A stretch of 48,872 bases of DNA from Peribolospora baueri (lineage: Eukaryota), in assembly GCA_029717555.1 (NCBI GenBank), contig JAMDHS010000048.1, forward strand, positions 124,001 through 172,872. Direction: 5' to 3'. How positions within the stretch are numbered: the first letter of the stretch is position 1; every line of letters starts with the position of its first letter. Shown here piece by piece: positions 23,401 to 36,007 of the stretch. Made by a program: the position numbers and the translations under genes. The notes below the pieces were generated by a model. That model worked only from the letters and a program-made list of their open reading frames with translations. It searched no databases and was not told the origin of the DNA.

Positions 23401-24989
23401 CCGCAGAGCATCGTCGTACCAGACCTCGCCGGTGGAGAGGGGCTGTTCGCAGCCGGTGTCAATGGCTTTGGCGCCCACAGGCGGAGTTACACCAACACGG
23501 ATAACGTCTCATTCGGCCCTCCTTCGGCAGGTTCTCGGAAAGCGTGCTCCAAATTCGATGAGGTCACGAGTGGTGACGAGGGGGGTCAAAACGCGGGCGC
23601 CAATCTCCGCGTTCCTCGTAAGAGCGCTAGCTCGTCCAACACCAAGAGCGGAAGTGGAGACCGGACCAGCATCTTTGCCGCAACATTCGGTCGCGCTCGC
23701 AAGCCGCCGCCCAAGTATACCCCGACCTCGGCGGACAGCGCACCGGAGAAGCCGACGGAGAGGCCGACCAAGGACATCACGGCGTCCGAAGGCAAGCGCG
23801 CATTGAGCAAGCTGGGGTGGGGCAGCAAGCGGGGCACGAAAGTGCTCACCGGTCAGTTCGACATTCATGGTCGTCCGCTCATCAGCTTGCCTATCAGTTC
23901 TCCGGACTTTGATCCCGCTCACAAGCTTCACGCGATCGACACCTCTCCAGCCTCTGGGGAGCACAAGGGTATGAGAAGCCAAGACGAGACGATGGGGATG
24001 CAGAACAATCCGGGAGCGACGGCTCTCGAGCGCCTCGGCACACCAGACTTGGCTGGGTGGATGCGCAAGAAGGGGGAGAAATACAACACTTGGAAGTTGC
24101 GCTTTTTCGTCCTCAAGGGACCGTACCTGTACTACCTCCGCAACGAGCAAGTGAGTTGGCCATTGCGATTTTCGTGGTATTTCGATTTTCACTTCGGCAT
24201 TTCGCTGACCTTGAATGCACCTCGTGGCCGCCGCGCTGCCTGCCGGTCTTTGCAGGAGACCAAGATCAAGGGCTTCATCGACATGTCCGGGTACAAGGTC
24301 ATCGCAGATCAAAACATCGCCGCCGGCAAGTATGGGTTCAAGATCTTGCATGTCGAGGAGAAGCCCCATTACTTCTGCTCCGAAGACGGGACGGTCGTGC
24401 GCGAGTGGATGAAGGCACTCATGAAGGCTACTATCGGCAGGGACACCAGTGGTGAGGACGCACGCCGAGTTTACGTTTCGCGCGCTTTTCGTAGATTCCG
24501 ATCCTGATTCATCCTCTGCTTTGCCTGCTAGTTCCCGTCGTCTCGTCGTGTACGATTGACACGATGCCCCTCGAGGTGGCACAGGCCATGCACCCTCCTC
24601 CGCGCCCGCCGTCGCCAACGACGAGAGCGCGCGTGCAACGCGAGCGGGCCCGGGAACACCACTCTTTGACGGCCAAGGACGCCCACGTGCTTATGGCGTT
24701 CCAGCACGCTCCGCCCGAGTCGCCTTCTTCGGAGCGGCGGGTGAGCCAGTTCGGCGTCACACCAAGCGGCAGAAGACTTCTGAATAGTGGTACGTCTATG
24801 CGAAGCGGGAGCTTGCCCCTGAGCATGGGCTCGCCGGATCAGATTGCCCGCCAGGTGGATGCAGGCCTCGGCATTCGCAGGGACGGCACGGGCAGACCCG
24901 CTACCGCTGACTCGGAGAAAACGTATGAAGGCCCGCCTACGCCCATCAAGAAGCCCAAAGCCGCTCGACGGAAAAAGCCGGCGGCGTGA
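20421..24989 (+). CDS. BOI2: Boi1/Boi2/Pob1-family polarity protein (SH3-SAM-PH), 5 exons
   Basis: Exons 20421-20555, 20989-22753, 22853-24150, 24256-24451 and 24532-24989. SH3: VWAVHDFEAENPDEVSFRAGEKIVVVEKDDAYSDGWWQ|GTNERDETGLFPFSY. SAM: PRDWSVEQVVEW...|EHEISGDVLLEMDINILKEIDIIAFGKR. PH: PDLAGWMRKKGEKYNTWKLRFFVLKGPYLYY|ETKIKGFID...EWMKALMKATI. Followed by VPVVSSC...PPRPPSP. The BOI1 versus BOI2 label is nominal. Confidence 0.92.
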
Positions 24990-25475
24990 CCGAATAGCCC
25001 ATATTATGCCATCGCTTTCCTTTCACACCTTCTCTTCACCTCCCATGCCGAACCTCATGTGGGCGAACGTCCATCTGTTTATGGTTGCTCGCGCGAGTCG
25101 AGCTTTGACCGCTTCACCTCGGCAGTAGAGCCTGCTTCCGTTCGTTTACTTTTTCATCTTTCACACCTTGCTTCTCCTTGCACGAGACAACCTTTCGCTC
25201 CCTTCTTTTTCGAAACAACTTGTGATGGTCGATTGGAGACGGGCCCGATGCCATACCCCCCACCCCCCACCCTCCCTTTCCCTAAATAAGCCTTACTATT
25301 TCGCTCCTTTCCTCTCCCTTTTACATTTCTTCCCCATATGTCGCCGCCTCGTGTAAATAACTACAGACGACACGAACGGTCCCGTTCTCGAATTAACAAG
25401 GATTGCAGACCATCGAAGTGTACGCGAACGAAGGCGGCAACCGAAGGAAATACTATAGAGAGGGAAGAGTCGTAG

Positions 25476-26379
25476 TTAGTCATCGTCCATGCCTTCTCGC
25501 TTATGCTGCTCTTCCTTGGCCACCCAGTCGAGCCAGGAACCTCGGTAGTTGCGGGCGCTGAAGGGTCAGAGAGAAAACGGAGGGTGAAGGGAAGTGGGAG
25601 CGGCTTGAGCCCGAGTCGACTCAAAACGGGCGAAGGGAACGAACGACGGGGCTCGAAACGCTCGCTCTCACTTTTTCCAGCCGCGCTTGGCGGCCAAGTC
25701 GATGGCCGTCTGAGAGCGGACGCCTCCGCGACAGTACATGATCACCTTCTGATCCAGCAGGGGCTTCTTGAAGCCGTGCACGCGGGAGAAGTCGCCCTCG
25801 TCCATGTCGAGGGACTTTTCGAAGCCCGAGAGGGGTACGGAGACGGCGGAGGGGATCATGCCCGCCGAGACCTCGTCCGGCTCGCGGACGTCTATGAGGA
25901 CGATGTCCTGGATTTGGTGCCGGGGTGGTTCGTCGGGTTTAGTGATTGCGATTGCGATTGCGATTGCGATTGCGATTGTGATTTGCGATTCGAAAGAGGC
26001 GAAGCGGACGAGAAGAGACGCCCCTCAGCTACGTCCAACGAGGGCCGGCAAGGCGGGGGGCCGCCTCAGCGCGGCTCAGGTCAGTTCACCTCACCTCGCT
26101 AGGCTGCATCGTGAGAGGCTTCAGCTCTTCATAAGTAACGTCCCCCTTGCGCGTCCACTGTACTCGACTCTTCTCTTTTCCGCCTCGCAAAAAGGTGACC
26201 GAGGAAGCGCGGAAGTCTCTACTAGGCGACCCGAGGAAGGGGGACGATCGGGGCAGGGTTGGGGCAAGGTGGACGTCGGCGCGGAGAGCAGACGATGCCA
26301 ATGGAAGAAGACGGGAGGCGGCCGGAACGCGGCGAGCCAAGGACGGCCTGAGAGAGGCGAGAGCTGAGCGAGAAGCCAT
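25476..26379 (-). CDS. Single-domain rhodanese / thiosulfate sulfurtransferase (RDL1/RDL2/TSTD1-like), ~200 aa, probably mitochondrial
   Basis: Exons 26379-26095, 25907-25672 and 25557-25476. Motifs IVLIDVREPDE, GMIPSAVSVP, active-site loop YCRGGVRS and NYRGSWLDW. The Arg/Ser/Leu-rich N-terminus resembles a mitochondrial presequence. Confidence 0.9.
25944..25979. repeat. (GATTGC)5-6 hexanucleotide microsatellite inside rhodanese intron 1
   Basis: Read directly: five perfect units plus GATTGT. Confidence 0.9.
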
Positions 26380-26581
26380 AGTGGATGGGTGGCAAAGGAC
26401 GACGGTGGTGGTAGTCGAGCGACAAGACGGGGCCCGGCATTTCTTCCGGCTGAGCCGGAGCAAGTGGCGATCGCGAAAGCTGGAGCGTCCTTCCAGTTCC
26501 ATCCATCCATCCATCGTCCACTCCTCCCATCCCCATCAATTCGCATCCATCCATCTCTTCGTAGCCTGTTTATCGCCAGTT
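26380..26581. promoter_or_regulatory. Short divergent (bidirectional) promoter region between the rhodanese and Med17 genes
   Basis: Only ~200 bp separates the two opposed ATGs (26379 minus, 26582 plus). Contains (CCAT)n and CT-rich tracts. Confidence 0.55.
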
Positions 26582-29222
26582 ATGAAGACCTCGCTGGACG
26601 ACCCGGCATGGAAGCGGATCAAGCTATCCTTAGTCCCACCTAACCTCTCGCCCCCCGGCGGTAGCGAGCTCACGTTGGCCAAAGACAAGGACAAAGACAA
26701 GGACGAGTTGGTGAGGCCACCGAAGCTCGAAGCAGTGACGCCGGACGGAGATTTGCAGTATGAGAAGTGAGCGCTGCTTTTTCTTTGTGAAGAGGGCTCG
26801 CTCGAAGGTGTGCTCGGACCACGCTCTAAAGTGATGAAGCTCTCGTCCCCTTCCCTTGCACCGTCTGCTCAGCGAGGAGGAATCGTCCACAAAACTCTCC
26901 TCGCGCGTTCATCGCATCTGGGCCGAGCGAGGCGACTTTTCGGAGCTCACTGCGGAGTCGATTCGGCACTCTTTGAAGGTAGATCATGCCACGCAGGACA
27001 AAGTGGCGGGTGATGGCTCGGAGGGGACGGAAGAGAAGGAGGAGGAGAGGAAACGAAAGGACAAGGGAAAGGCGAAGGAGCTGACGGAAACGGACGTGTT
27101 CCGGCTCAAGGAGACGATGTGGCAAATGCTCGAGTATGTGTCCGTTCACCGTCCGAGTCTGTGGGTAGGTCAGTCAACTGGTCCTATGCAGGCTCACCAT
27201 CGCCGGTTCCCGTCCGTCTAGGTCAGCACGGGGAGACATGGAGATCGGCCGCATCCTAATCTGGCTCCTCCAACCACCAGCCGACCCGTCCGTTCCGTCG
27301 ACCTCGGCGACACCCGCGAGCGCCTCTCCGGTACCCTCTGGGCTCCCTTTTCGAAACACGGCTCCTGCATCCACCGTCCCTGACGTGGAGCTCCCCTTTC
27401 CGCAAGGTTTCTTAGCCGCGACCCAAGTCCAGCCTCCGTCTTCTACCGATGGAGAGACTGGTCCGAGAGGTGACTTCGACCGCACCGGGGACCTCTCTGC
27501 TCCAACACCGTCAAGCGTTGGGCCGAATGCTTTGCGCGATGCCCGTCTGCTCCTCGCGTCGAAGCGATCTTCCCTGCGATCCGCAGCCTCCGTCTTCTCT
27601 TCTGCAGCCTCCTCCTTGTTCGCTTCGTCCGCTAAGTCTCGGGACTACTGGGATGAGGCGATTCGGCTCAAGAAGGCCGGATGGAAGCTCCATCCTGCTC
27701 AGCCACTCGGCCGCTTTGTCGGCCCGAGCATCAGCAAAGGCCCAATGGGCCAGAGGGAAGCGAAGGACTTCATTGTAGTGTACGGGTCGGACGACTTGGG
27801 ATTGGGCTGGCGCAGGCGGGCGTTCGCCCATCTGGCTGAGGAAAAAGTGGAGGAGGGGCTGCAAGGTGCGAGTGGAGCGCGGGCGCGAGCGTCCCGTGCC
27901 TCCGATTCACTGCTCGTCTTTCACGGCCGTTTGCGGAGGCGAATGCGCGTTGGCATGTCGGCGCGAGTGGGCGATCAGACGGAGACGTGGTGGGGCACGG
28001 TCGGGCGCACTCCTGGCGGACACGGAGATTCGGGGATATCGAGTCGGTCGCTGAGGGAAGCGCAGGTGGAGATGTTCGAGGAGGAGCTGTTTGCAGAGGT
28101 GAAGACATTCTCACGTCTCCTGCCTGCATGGTTTTGCTAACGCTGACGAACGAGCGTGCTCTTTCCGTTTTCCGTTCGACAGCTTCTCCGGGAGGTGCGC
28201 CAGACGCCATCTCTGACGGCGGACGTGTCGGAGAAGTTGCTCGTCATTGAGGTCTGCGATGGAATTGAGCTCAAGCTTGAAATGGTGATTTGCCCGTCCC
28301 GTTCGGATCGCGGTGGAGCGGATGTCTAACGGATCCCATGCGCTGTTGTACTGCAGGTCGACAATGATACTTCGTCAACTGACTCTCAGGACGTCTCCCG
28401 ACCGCCATCTGGAATCAGTAACCTTTTATTATACCTCCTTCATCTTCTTCTCCGTCGTTTACATCGTTACCGCAAGCTCTTGGCTTCCGTGCCGTCGACC
28501 GTTGCGAGTACACCAAACCCATCGAACGCTGGCACGCCGCGGCAAGGGAAGGTCGGGAGGACGGGCACCTTCGGCGGTCGTGCGGGCCTCACCCCTGCGG
28601 CTGCTGCCGCCGCTGCTGCCGACGAGAAGAGCAAGGCGGAACAGGCCGCCCGAGACGCGCTCGGACCTCCTCCAAAGCTACTCAAGCCAGTCCTGACCTT
28701 ATTCCAGTACCTGCGGCTCGCATTTTCGGTCCAGGCAATGTTGAAGCAGTGCACGGAAGGTCTCGAACGTGCGGGCGTTAAGGCGTGCGTCGAGTGGACT
28801 CCCGTCACAGAAGGAGGGAAAGGATTGATGCGCGAGTTTGTGGGTGAGAGCGACGATGGAAAAATCTTGGGGAAAGAGCTCGAGGTGGGAGGATCCGCGG
28901 CTATGCGAATCGAGGACAGGTGAGCAATAGGATTTTGATCTGAACGCGACCAGGGAGGGACCTTCAGACCATGTTTTCCACGTTTCTCTCAACCGATCCC
29001 TTATCGTCCCTTATCGTCGGGTCCAGATATACCCTCTCCATATCGTTCTCCACGTCCGCCACGGCCCCTCTCGTCATTCATCTCCCTCACACAGACCTCC
29101 CCCTTCCATCCCTGGCCTCTTGTCGAATGGTCGTGCTCCAGGAGATCCGCCGCCTGGTGGACAACGAGCCGGTGGACCTGACCAAAACGCGAAAGCGCAG
29201 ATCTGCCTCGCGTGATAAGTAG
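26582..29222 (+). CDS. MED17: Mediator complex subunit 17 (Med17/Srb4), 6 exons
   Basis: Spliced translation: WKRIKLSL...VTPDGDLQYE|...RVHRIWAERGDFSELT...VFRLKETMWQMLE|SARGDMEIGRILIWLL...YWDEAIRLKKAGWKL...AKDFIVVYG...RRRAFAHL...LREAQVEMFEEELFAE|LLRE. These resemble basidiomycete Med17 as I recall it. Canonical GT-AG introns at about 26768, 27135, 28099, 28285 and 28920. Confidence 0.8.
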
Positions 29223-30046
29223 AACCCACCACGATATTTTGTTTTCAATCGGTGATGCGAGTGAAATCTTGCCCAAGCCGAGAACTTGAAGATGGCTGAA
29301 AGCTATCCGTCTCAGACGACTGGCAACGCCAAAGCGTGCGACGACACCAGTTGCAGATTAGTGATCGTCCAAGCCGGAATGCCGATCGACGGTTCGCGAA
29401 AGTAAAGTACGCGCCGTTTACTCGCGCTTGCTTAAGCACGCCGCCCCGTCCATGCTCACCAATCCCCCGTGGGGGGTAGTAGGCCGTGTGAAGGCCACGT
29501 ACCTTCCTTAACGTACGCCACAGACCTGTTCGGCGAGGTTGGCTAAGCACGCGATCATCGATCCTTCACTGAACCTTCTCTCCACCAATCAAGGAATTGC
29601 AAGATCATGCTCCCCTCCGATGAGGAAGGAAGAGATAGATGATCGAGAGCGCTGAGCAGAAAGCGAGCAAAGACAAAGATGGACAGAAGGTATCGATCCA
29701 AAGTGGGCTCTCGAGTGGAACAGCCAGAAGAGATAGTACAAACAAAAAAGCACTGTGCAGAAAAGGCAAGAGATGAAGCAGGCATAGTACAACGGCGAGT
29801 GTGTACGTGAGGGAAAGACGGGAAGAGAGAGAGAGAGAGCGAGAGTAAGAGAACAAAGAGAGACAAAGGGGAAGAGAGTGTGTGCGTGTGCGTACGTGCG
29901 TGCGAGGTGACTAAACGACACCAAGCAGAAAGAAAACCAAACCAAGACGTTGGCCGTGCAAGCCATGGGGCATCGAAAGTACTGACAAAAGTCAAGGGGC
30001 CTCCGCTGGAGATAAGGACGTAGATAAGGGTAGCTGGTTCGGCTAC

Positions 30047-33000
30047 CTACGATCCACCGACGATCTCCCTCGCAGTGCTCGGATGTGAAGAAGCTATAGT
30101 CCCGGCAGCGTTGGCGCCGCTGTTGGCGGCGTTGGCTATCCAGTTCGACAGGCGCCAGCCACGCGACGAAGGCGAAGTCATGGACGGCGGCGGGTGGGCC
30201 GGATCGGAAGTGGCAGAATCCTCAGAGGGCAGCGTTGGTGGCCGGTCGGCGTCGCTGGGAGCCACGGTCGCCGTCTTCCCCGATGCCACTCTTTTCCCTT
30301 TGTTACGCGTACCCCCTGCATTGCCAGGATGACTGGATGTGGAGGTGGCGGCGGAGGCAGGCGTAACGTCCGCCCCTCCACTACCAGCGATGAGGCCCGC
30401 AAAGGACGAGACAAAAGCGCCGGCGCTCCTGGGAACGTGTGTGAGCCCGCTCGACGGCGGCGAAGCTTCGGAGACCGAGCGCCCGCGGGAGACTGGGGAA
30501 GAGGAAGGAGGAGCGGAGGTGGGCGGATGGAGTGGGTGGGGGGACAATGGCAGGGCGTCCTTGTCCCTAACGGCTCTGAGCGCGTCGAGAGCTCGGTGGT
30601 GATGCCGTCGTCGTCTGTTCCTGGCGTACCTCCTCTTCCCCTCCCCTCCGTCGCCCAATCCGTTGTCATCGTCCTCGACCCCAATACTCTCACACTCGCT
30701 GGCGAATCCGTTTCCCTCCCAGTCATCGCCTTCATCCTCGTCGTCATACCCAAAGCTCAGCAGGCCGAGAGCGCCTCTGGACTCTGCCCTCGCAATCGGC
30801 GACGAGTCGATACTCAATGTACGGCCTTTGAATTGCCGTCCATCGGTGCTGAACCGTCGACGCCGGCCCCTCCCCGTAGTAGTGGCGTCCGAAGCGGCCA
30901 AGGAGCCCTGCGGGGAGGCATTGTGGGGATCAGAGAAAGTGGCGCCGTTCGAGACCAAGTTTCCTTCCAAGTCGACCATCCAGCCCATCCGGTTAGGCGT
31001 AGCGGGTTCGGAAGGCGACGCATGGTGCCGAGATACGGGGCGACGGCGGGAAGCGGGGAAAGGGCCGGGATATAGCCCTGAGCTACTGTGACATTGGTCG
31101 AAACCGGGAGGCGTGATTGATGCGGGCGCCGCCGCCGAAGCCTTGGGGGCACTTGATTCTGTAGACACGGTCGTTGGAGGCGAGACCGAGGCGGTAGCAG
31201 TGGCCATCCCTTCCGGGAAATGGAACGCCGTCGGCAAAGCTCTTCTGCGTTCCGCCTTGGTCGTCGCGGCAATGGCCCCATCAGCCAAAGCTCTCCAGCC
31301 GTCCTTCCTCCTAACCGTCTTGAACTCCTCCTCCGTCCCCAGGCCCGCAGTCTCCGCCTGTGATACCTTCACTTCTTTGCCGCCCAGCTCTCCGACCCCT
31401 TCCCTGGTACCGTCGGCGTGAACCCCGGTCATGCTAGCCTCAGCCACGCTGAGCGCAGGTATGGGCATACCGATACTCGCCCTCGCTTTGCCCTTTTGGC
31501 TCATCATTGGGCCATTGCGGCCATCATCTCCACCTCCGCCGAGGAGATCGCTCCGCCGCCGTGCGCCCGAAGAAGACGAACCGGTGCGAGAACGAGCGCT
31601 TGACCGGTCTGCACTCGATCCAGAGGACAGCAGCGTTCCGATCCTCGTGTCGAAGTTGCCGCCTTCTTCCACCCCGTCGCCGTCGGTCCACCACCGTCCA
31701 TCCATGTGCGGCAAAGGCTCGATGCTAGATAGCGACGCGGAGTGCATACGCGTCGATGAATCTCCGTCACGACGACCGGTAGGACGAACAGAGTCATTCG
31801 AGACCTGCCTGCGCACCGCGGCCGCGGGCCCAGTGGACGTGGACAGGGTGGGAACAGCAAAGAGCATTTCGGGGTCCATGGCTGCGGCGCTGGACACTGT
31901 GGTTGGTGTAACAGAGCGAGCAGCTTGAGTAGTCGGACCGTCACTGAGCTGAACGGTGGCTGGAGCGGGGGCGGCGAGAGAGAGAGAAAGGTGGGAAACG
32001 GATTTGCGGGACTGGTGGTGTCCTTTGGCGGTAGACGTTGACGTTGCCCCCGACGCTCGGACAGTGCCATCGTTCCTGTCGACGACGCCATCTGACACGA
32101 CGGTCGCTCCACCTTTGGGAGAAGAGACGGAGGGGCAAGAGGAGGTGAAAGAGTCGGCGCTAGAGCCAGCAAAGTTGTCCAAAGTTGAAGCGGCTGACGT
32201 GAGGGCGGATGCAGAAATGGGAGAGTCGGCTGAGGATGGCGCAGAGGAGGGGGAGGACAGAGCGAAGACAGGCAACGGGTCGCGTGTCGTCGGGAAAGGT
32301 CCGTTGGCGATAACGCTGCGTGCGCTCACTTCACTGCCCGCGTCACTAGTCATGCTGCTCCTTCGACTCGGTGCGCTCGGTCGTCGTGGTGCCTTAGAGA
32401 AGCTCTCGCTTGGGGCGGGACTGTCTCTACCGGGGGTGCCTCCGTCGTCGGCCAAAGAGCTATCACGAACGGCAGGGCTACCCGAGAAGGAGAACAGCCA
32501 GGACATGGGCGAAGGCGCCGGCGTCGACGATGGACCACTGGCGGACGTTGACGTGGGGGCGTTTGACGATTGCGAACGCACTTCCTGCCGCATACCCCCC
32601 GTCGTCGTCCTCGAGGACGACGACGTTCCAGCTATGGCCACCAAAGCCGCGGCGGCGGCGGATGAAGAAGGTGGGGGGCCGGAAGCGGTGGCGGCGGCAG
32701 ATGTGGTGTTGGGCGACTGTATCGGCGTGCGGGCCTTGTTCTGATCGGTCTCCTTCTCTTTGCCCTTCTCCATCTCCCTCTTGGCGTTCCGACTAGCGAT
32801 GCTCGCCAACAAGCTCTTCGCATCTGCCGTGGCAGAGGTGGAAGAGGAGGTGTCAAAAGAAGAGACCGACGGCCGTCGGTAGTCGGGAATCGAAGGGCGC
32901 CGGGAGGCATGAGATCCCCTCGAGAGTGACCTCCCAATCGTCGCCTCGCCGTCCACTAAATCCATGTCCTCCATTCCCTCTTCTATGAGATCGAGCGACG

Positions 33001-33775
33001 CGCCCAGCCGAGGCATCTTCCAGCTAGGTTTCCGCGACGGTCCGGAGCCGGACCCCGAGCGCTTGCCTCCCTGCCAGCCGTCCGAGACGGCATTGGCCGC
33101 GCCGGCGAGGTTACGAGACCCATCCGTGACGCCGTCCATCATATCTCCGAAGCCATCGACGACTTGAGCGAGCCAGTCGTCGAGCTCCCTCGTGTTCTCA
33201 AGGCGCCTCCTGACGTCTCGCTCTCGCTCGTCCATGGCAAGATCGATGTCGCGACCTTTGGAGAGCATGCGGGCGAGACCAGAGCGAGCCGAGAGAGTGG
33301 CGAGGAGGAGGGCGTTGCTCCGTTCGAGGGCGAGCATGGTGGAAGAGAGGAGCGAGTCGAGCGCCGCATCCTCCGCCTCGTCCGCCGGATCTCCGTCCTC
33401 CACATCCGTGTCCGATGCCAATGAGGCGACAGGCGAGCGCGAAGAAATGGGCACATTTCGCTCTTCCTCCTTCAGCACGCTCGTCCCGGAAACATCGTCT
33501 GTTGCTGGTTCCTCAGCCGTTGCCGACTGGGCCTCGTCGCCCTCACAGTACCCGGGGGGCAATCCGTCAGCTAGGGTGATGGTACTGTTGGGTCGAGCGT
33601 GAGAGCTGTATGCGGGCGGGAGGGAGAACTCGGTGTCCGTGCTCGTCGTCCTTCGACGCTTGATCGAGCTGGTGCGAGAAGGTGGATGAGAGGAGGGGTG
33701 ACCATCGCGCTTGTCGCGGCGGGAAGGGGACGAAGGGCACGGCGAGATGAGTAGTGCGCCGGCATGGTGGGCCAT
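30047..33775 (-). CDS. Hypothetical 1242-aa Ser/Thr/Ala-rich disordered protein with an N-terminal helical/coiled-coil segment and two PY motifs
   Basis: Uninterrupted 3.7-kb ATG ORF. Helical block LDSLLSSTMLALERSNALLLATLS...MDERERDVRRRLENTRELDDW. LPPAY and LPPGY near the N-terminus. Confidence 0.75.
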   Translation of the reverse strand: MAHHAGALLISPCPSSPSRRDKRDGHPSSHPPSRTSSIKRRRTTSTDTEFSLPPAYSSHARPNSTITLADGLPPGYCEGDEAQSATAEEPATDDVSGTSVLKEEERNVPISSRSPVASLASDTDVEDGDPADEAEDAALDSLLSSTMLALERSNALLLATLSARSGLARMLSKGRDIDLAMDERERDVRRRLENTRELDDWLAQVVDGFGDMMDGVTDGSRNLAGAANAVSDGWQGGKRSGSGSGPSRKPSWKMPRLGASLDLIEEGMEDMDLVDGEATIGRSLSRGSHASRRPSIPDYRRPSVSSFDTSSSTSATADAKSLLASIASRNAKREMEKGKEKETDQNKARTPIQSPNTTSAAATASGPPPSSSAAAAALVAIAGTSSSSRTTTGGMRQEVRSQSSNAPTSTSASGPSSTPAPSPMSWLFSFSGSPAVRDSSLADDGGTPGRDSPAPSESFSKAPRRPSAPSRRSSMTSDAGSEVSARSVIANGPFPTTRDPLPVFALSSPSSAPSSADSPISASALTSAASTLDNFAGSSADSFTSSCPSVSSPKGGATVVSDGVVDRNDGTVRASGATSTSTAKGHHQSRKSVSHLSLSLAAPAPATVQLSDGPTTQAARSVTPTTVSSAAAMDPEMLFAVPTLSTSTGPAAAVRRQVSNDSVRPTGRRDGDSSTRMHSASLSSIEPLPHMDGRWWTDGDGVEEGGNFDTRIGTLLSSGSSADRSSARSRTGSSSSGARRRSDLLGGGGDDGRNGPMMSQKGKARASIGMPIPALSVAEASMTGVHADGTREGVGELGGKEVKVSQAETAGLGTEEEFKTVRRKDGWRALADGAIAATTKAERRRALPTAFHFPEGMATATASVSPPTTVSTESSAPKASAAAPASITPPGFDQCHSSSGLYPGPFPASRRRPVSRHHASPSEPATPNRMGWMVDLEGNLVSNGATFSDPHNASPQGSLAASDATTTGRGRRRRFSTDGRQFKGRTLSIDSSPIARAESRGALGLLSFGYDDEDEGDDWEGNGFASECESIGVEDDDNGLGDGGEGKRRYARNRRRRHHHRALDALRAVRDKDALPLSPHPLHPPTSAPPSSSPVSRGRSVSEASPPSSGLTHVPRSAGAFVSSFAGLIAGSGGADVTPASAATSTSSHPGNAGGTRNKGKRVASGKTATVAPSDADRPPTLPSEDSATSDPAHPPPSMTSPSSRGWRLSNWIANAANSGANAAGTIASSHPSTAREIVGGS

Positions 33776-36007
33776 ACTTCCCTCCCCCTCCTCCTCCTCC
33801 TATAGCGCAATCGTCCCAGATACGTTGGCCGTTCACGCGCTCTTGGGTGACGAGGAAGACGGTTGTCGGGCTAGTATGCCGTTGGACGGTCTCGTTCTGG
33901 GACGCTACGCTGGCTGTGAGTGTCACGAAGAGCACTTCATCGAGGACGGCGTGCGAGAGAGGAGAAGAGAGAGGGCGTCGATGTCGATAGGCTGCCGATA
34001 GATAGTGCCTGGCGAGGGAGAGAGACCAGCAGATTTAAGGGGCAGTCCCAGCGGGTCTGACCTGCTGCGGCACATTATCCAGCCGGTCGCAGAGAGGAAT
34101 GCGGATTAATCCGGATTGATAATTGATCTGATTGATATCTGTTTTGTTTTGCACCAACTGTCTGTGTCTGTCTGGGCTTGGCACGGCCTTGCCTGTCTGT
34201 CACCACAGGCTCCCATCGGTGGCCCGCCAGCATCGGCGCGAAGGCGGACGGGGGAGGCGAGGAGAAAAACAGGGAGAGGGGGAGGGTATGGAGATCTGGT
34301 ACACCCCACACTCCCCTTCCCCCACCGGCGATAGGACGACGATGGAGATCCGCCTGGCCGCCACGTCGCCGTCGCCGTCGCCGTCACTTTACGTACTCCT
34401 GTGCTTCCTGTCCATGGTACGCACTGGCGCGGAGCGAGTGGCTGTACGGCAGAGTACAGAAGAGCATGTGGGATCCCGAGCCATAATAAGATCTAGGATG
34501 GCGATGCGTACGCGGCTCGGCCTTGTTGTTGAGATCATCCAAGCTGGGCGTTTGCCTCTGTTTTCCTCATCTTGCTTCCTCCATCGACGCACTGCCACCG
34601 CCCTCGCATCGAGCGCTCAGCCACATGCGGTGCTCTTCGGACGGCAACGACAGGAAGCCAGGAGAGGGAGCGTACGAAGGGGGTCAGATCCGGAGTATGC
34701 TGAGTACACACGTTTAGACGCCCAGCTCTCTTCTCATGAGGCTCAATGAGGCTGGGCTCGATGCTTCGAGGCGAAGCAAGGCACGACGATCGTCCGTCCG
34801 TTCTCCCTCGCCCTCAACACCCTTCGTTCGTCCTATCGACGAACCTTGTAGCTTGGGTGGCCGTCGTGAACCAGAGTCGTCCCGAGAATGCATCTTTTCT
34901 GCTCTCACTCCGCGTCCAGCGCATCCCATCGCACCTCAGGCAGACCTCGACTCGTCCAGCGGATGTACTTACTTATTATCGTCCAACCTGCGCGATAGCC
35001 GATAGCCGCATCGCATCGCATCGCCATCTTCCTCCTTCATCCTCGCCTCGCCCTCTTCCTTGCGCACCTCGAGCACTCGAGCAGGCCGCCACCACCCTCG
35101 TCCTCGTCCTCCTCATCCGTCTCTGCGTCCTATACGCCACCGTCATCGTCATAGTCATCGCCCCCACCCCGCGTAGCTTGCCTCTCTCCGCCCATAACTC
35201 CCTCCCTAGCCGCCGTCGCCGTCGCCACGATCAACGGGCCCCACGAGGCCTCTCGCGTTTCGAGCAAGTCGCACGTACACAGAAACCTATACGCCGATTG
35301 GGCGTTTCTGTCAGTCCAGTCCTGACAGCGCCTTCCTTCCTCTCCTCTCCTCGCGCTCATCCCACCGCCGCATAATCGTGGATTGCCGCCGTGCGGGCGA
35401 CTTGAAGCGCTCTTTGGCTTGTGCGTACGACACACAGCCTTCTTTTTGAGACTTCCCTTCGAGCTCGCCCCATTGTCTATCCGACGCCGCGGACGGGCGC
35501 AGAGGAAGCAGGAATTGCACTCAGGTCCCGCGACGCCGCCCTGAGCCGGTCACGGATCAAGAGAAACAGCTTCTCTCGGCATCTTCGGCGAACGAGGAAT
35601 TGCGTCGACGAGAACGGGAGGGCCTCCAAAACTCGTCTGCAGACGGCTGGCGTGGATCTGCTTGTTTTGAGCCTTATTAGACTCGAGAACGTGCCGTGAG
35701 TGTTGTGTGTTCCACCTCGTCTGCCCTTCTTGTCGTCCTTTCCCTGCGCGTCTGTTGACGGTGTTCCATGACGCTCCCGCTCGCATGCTCCATAAAGGTT
35801 TGGACCCTCCCCCCGATAAACCGTTCCTTCGCAACGTCCGGCCCTCGCCACGCCACCCAACCAACAACCATTCGCAAACTCTTGACGCCATTCCCTTAGC
35901 TAGACGGTCGCTGGTAACACCAGAGTCCCCCGCACCAGCGCGCGCCTTTACTTGTTTTTCCTCGACTGTTCAGTTAGCTCCACCCCTCTGACGATTGCGG
36001 TTTCAAC

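Noticed and set aside
29395..29520. Cluster of small hairpins between convergent genes as a possible ncRNA
   Set aside because: Short stems are expected in GC-rich DNA; no snoRNA or snRNA boxes were recognised.
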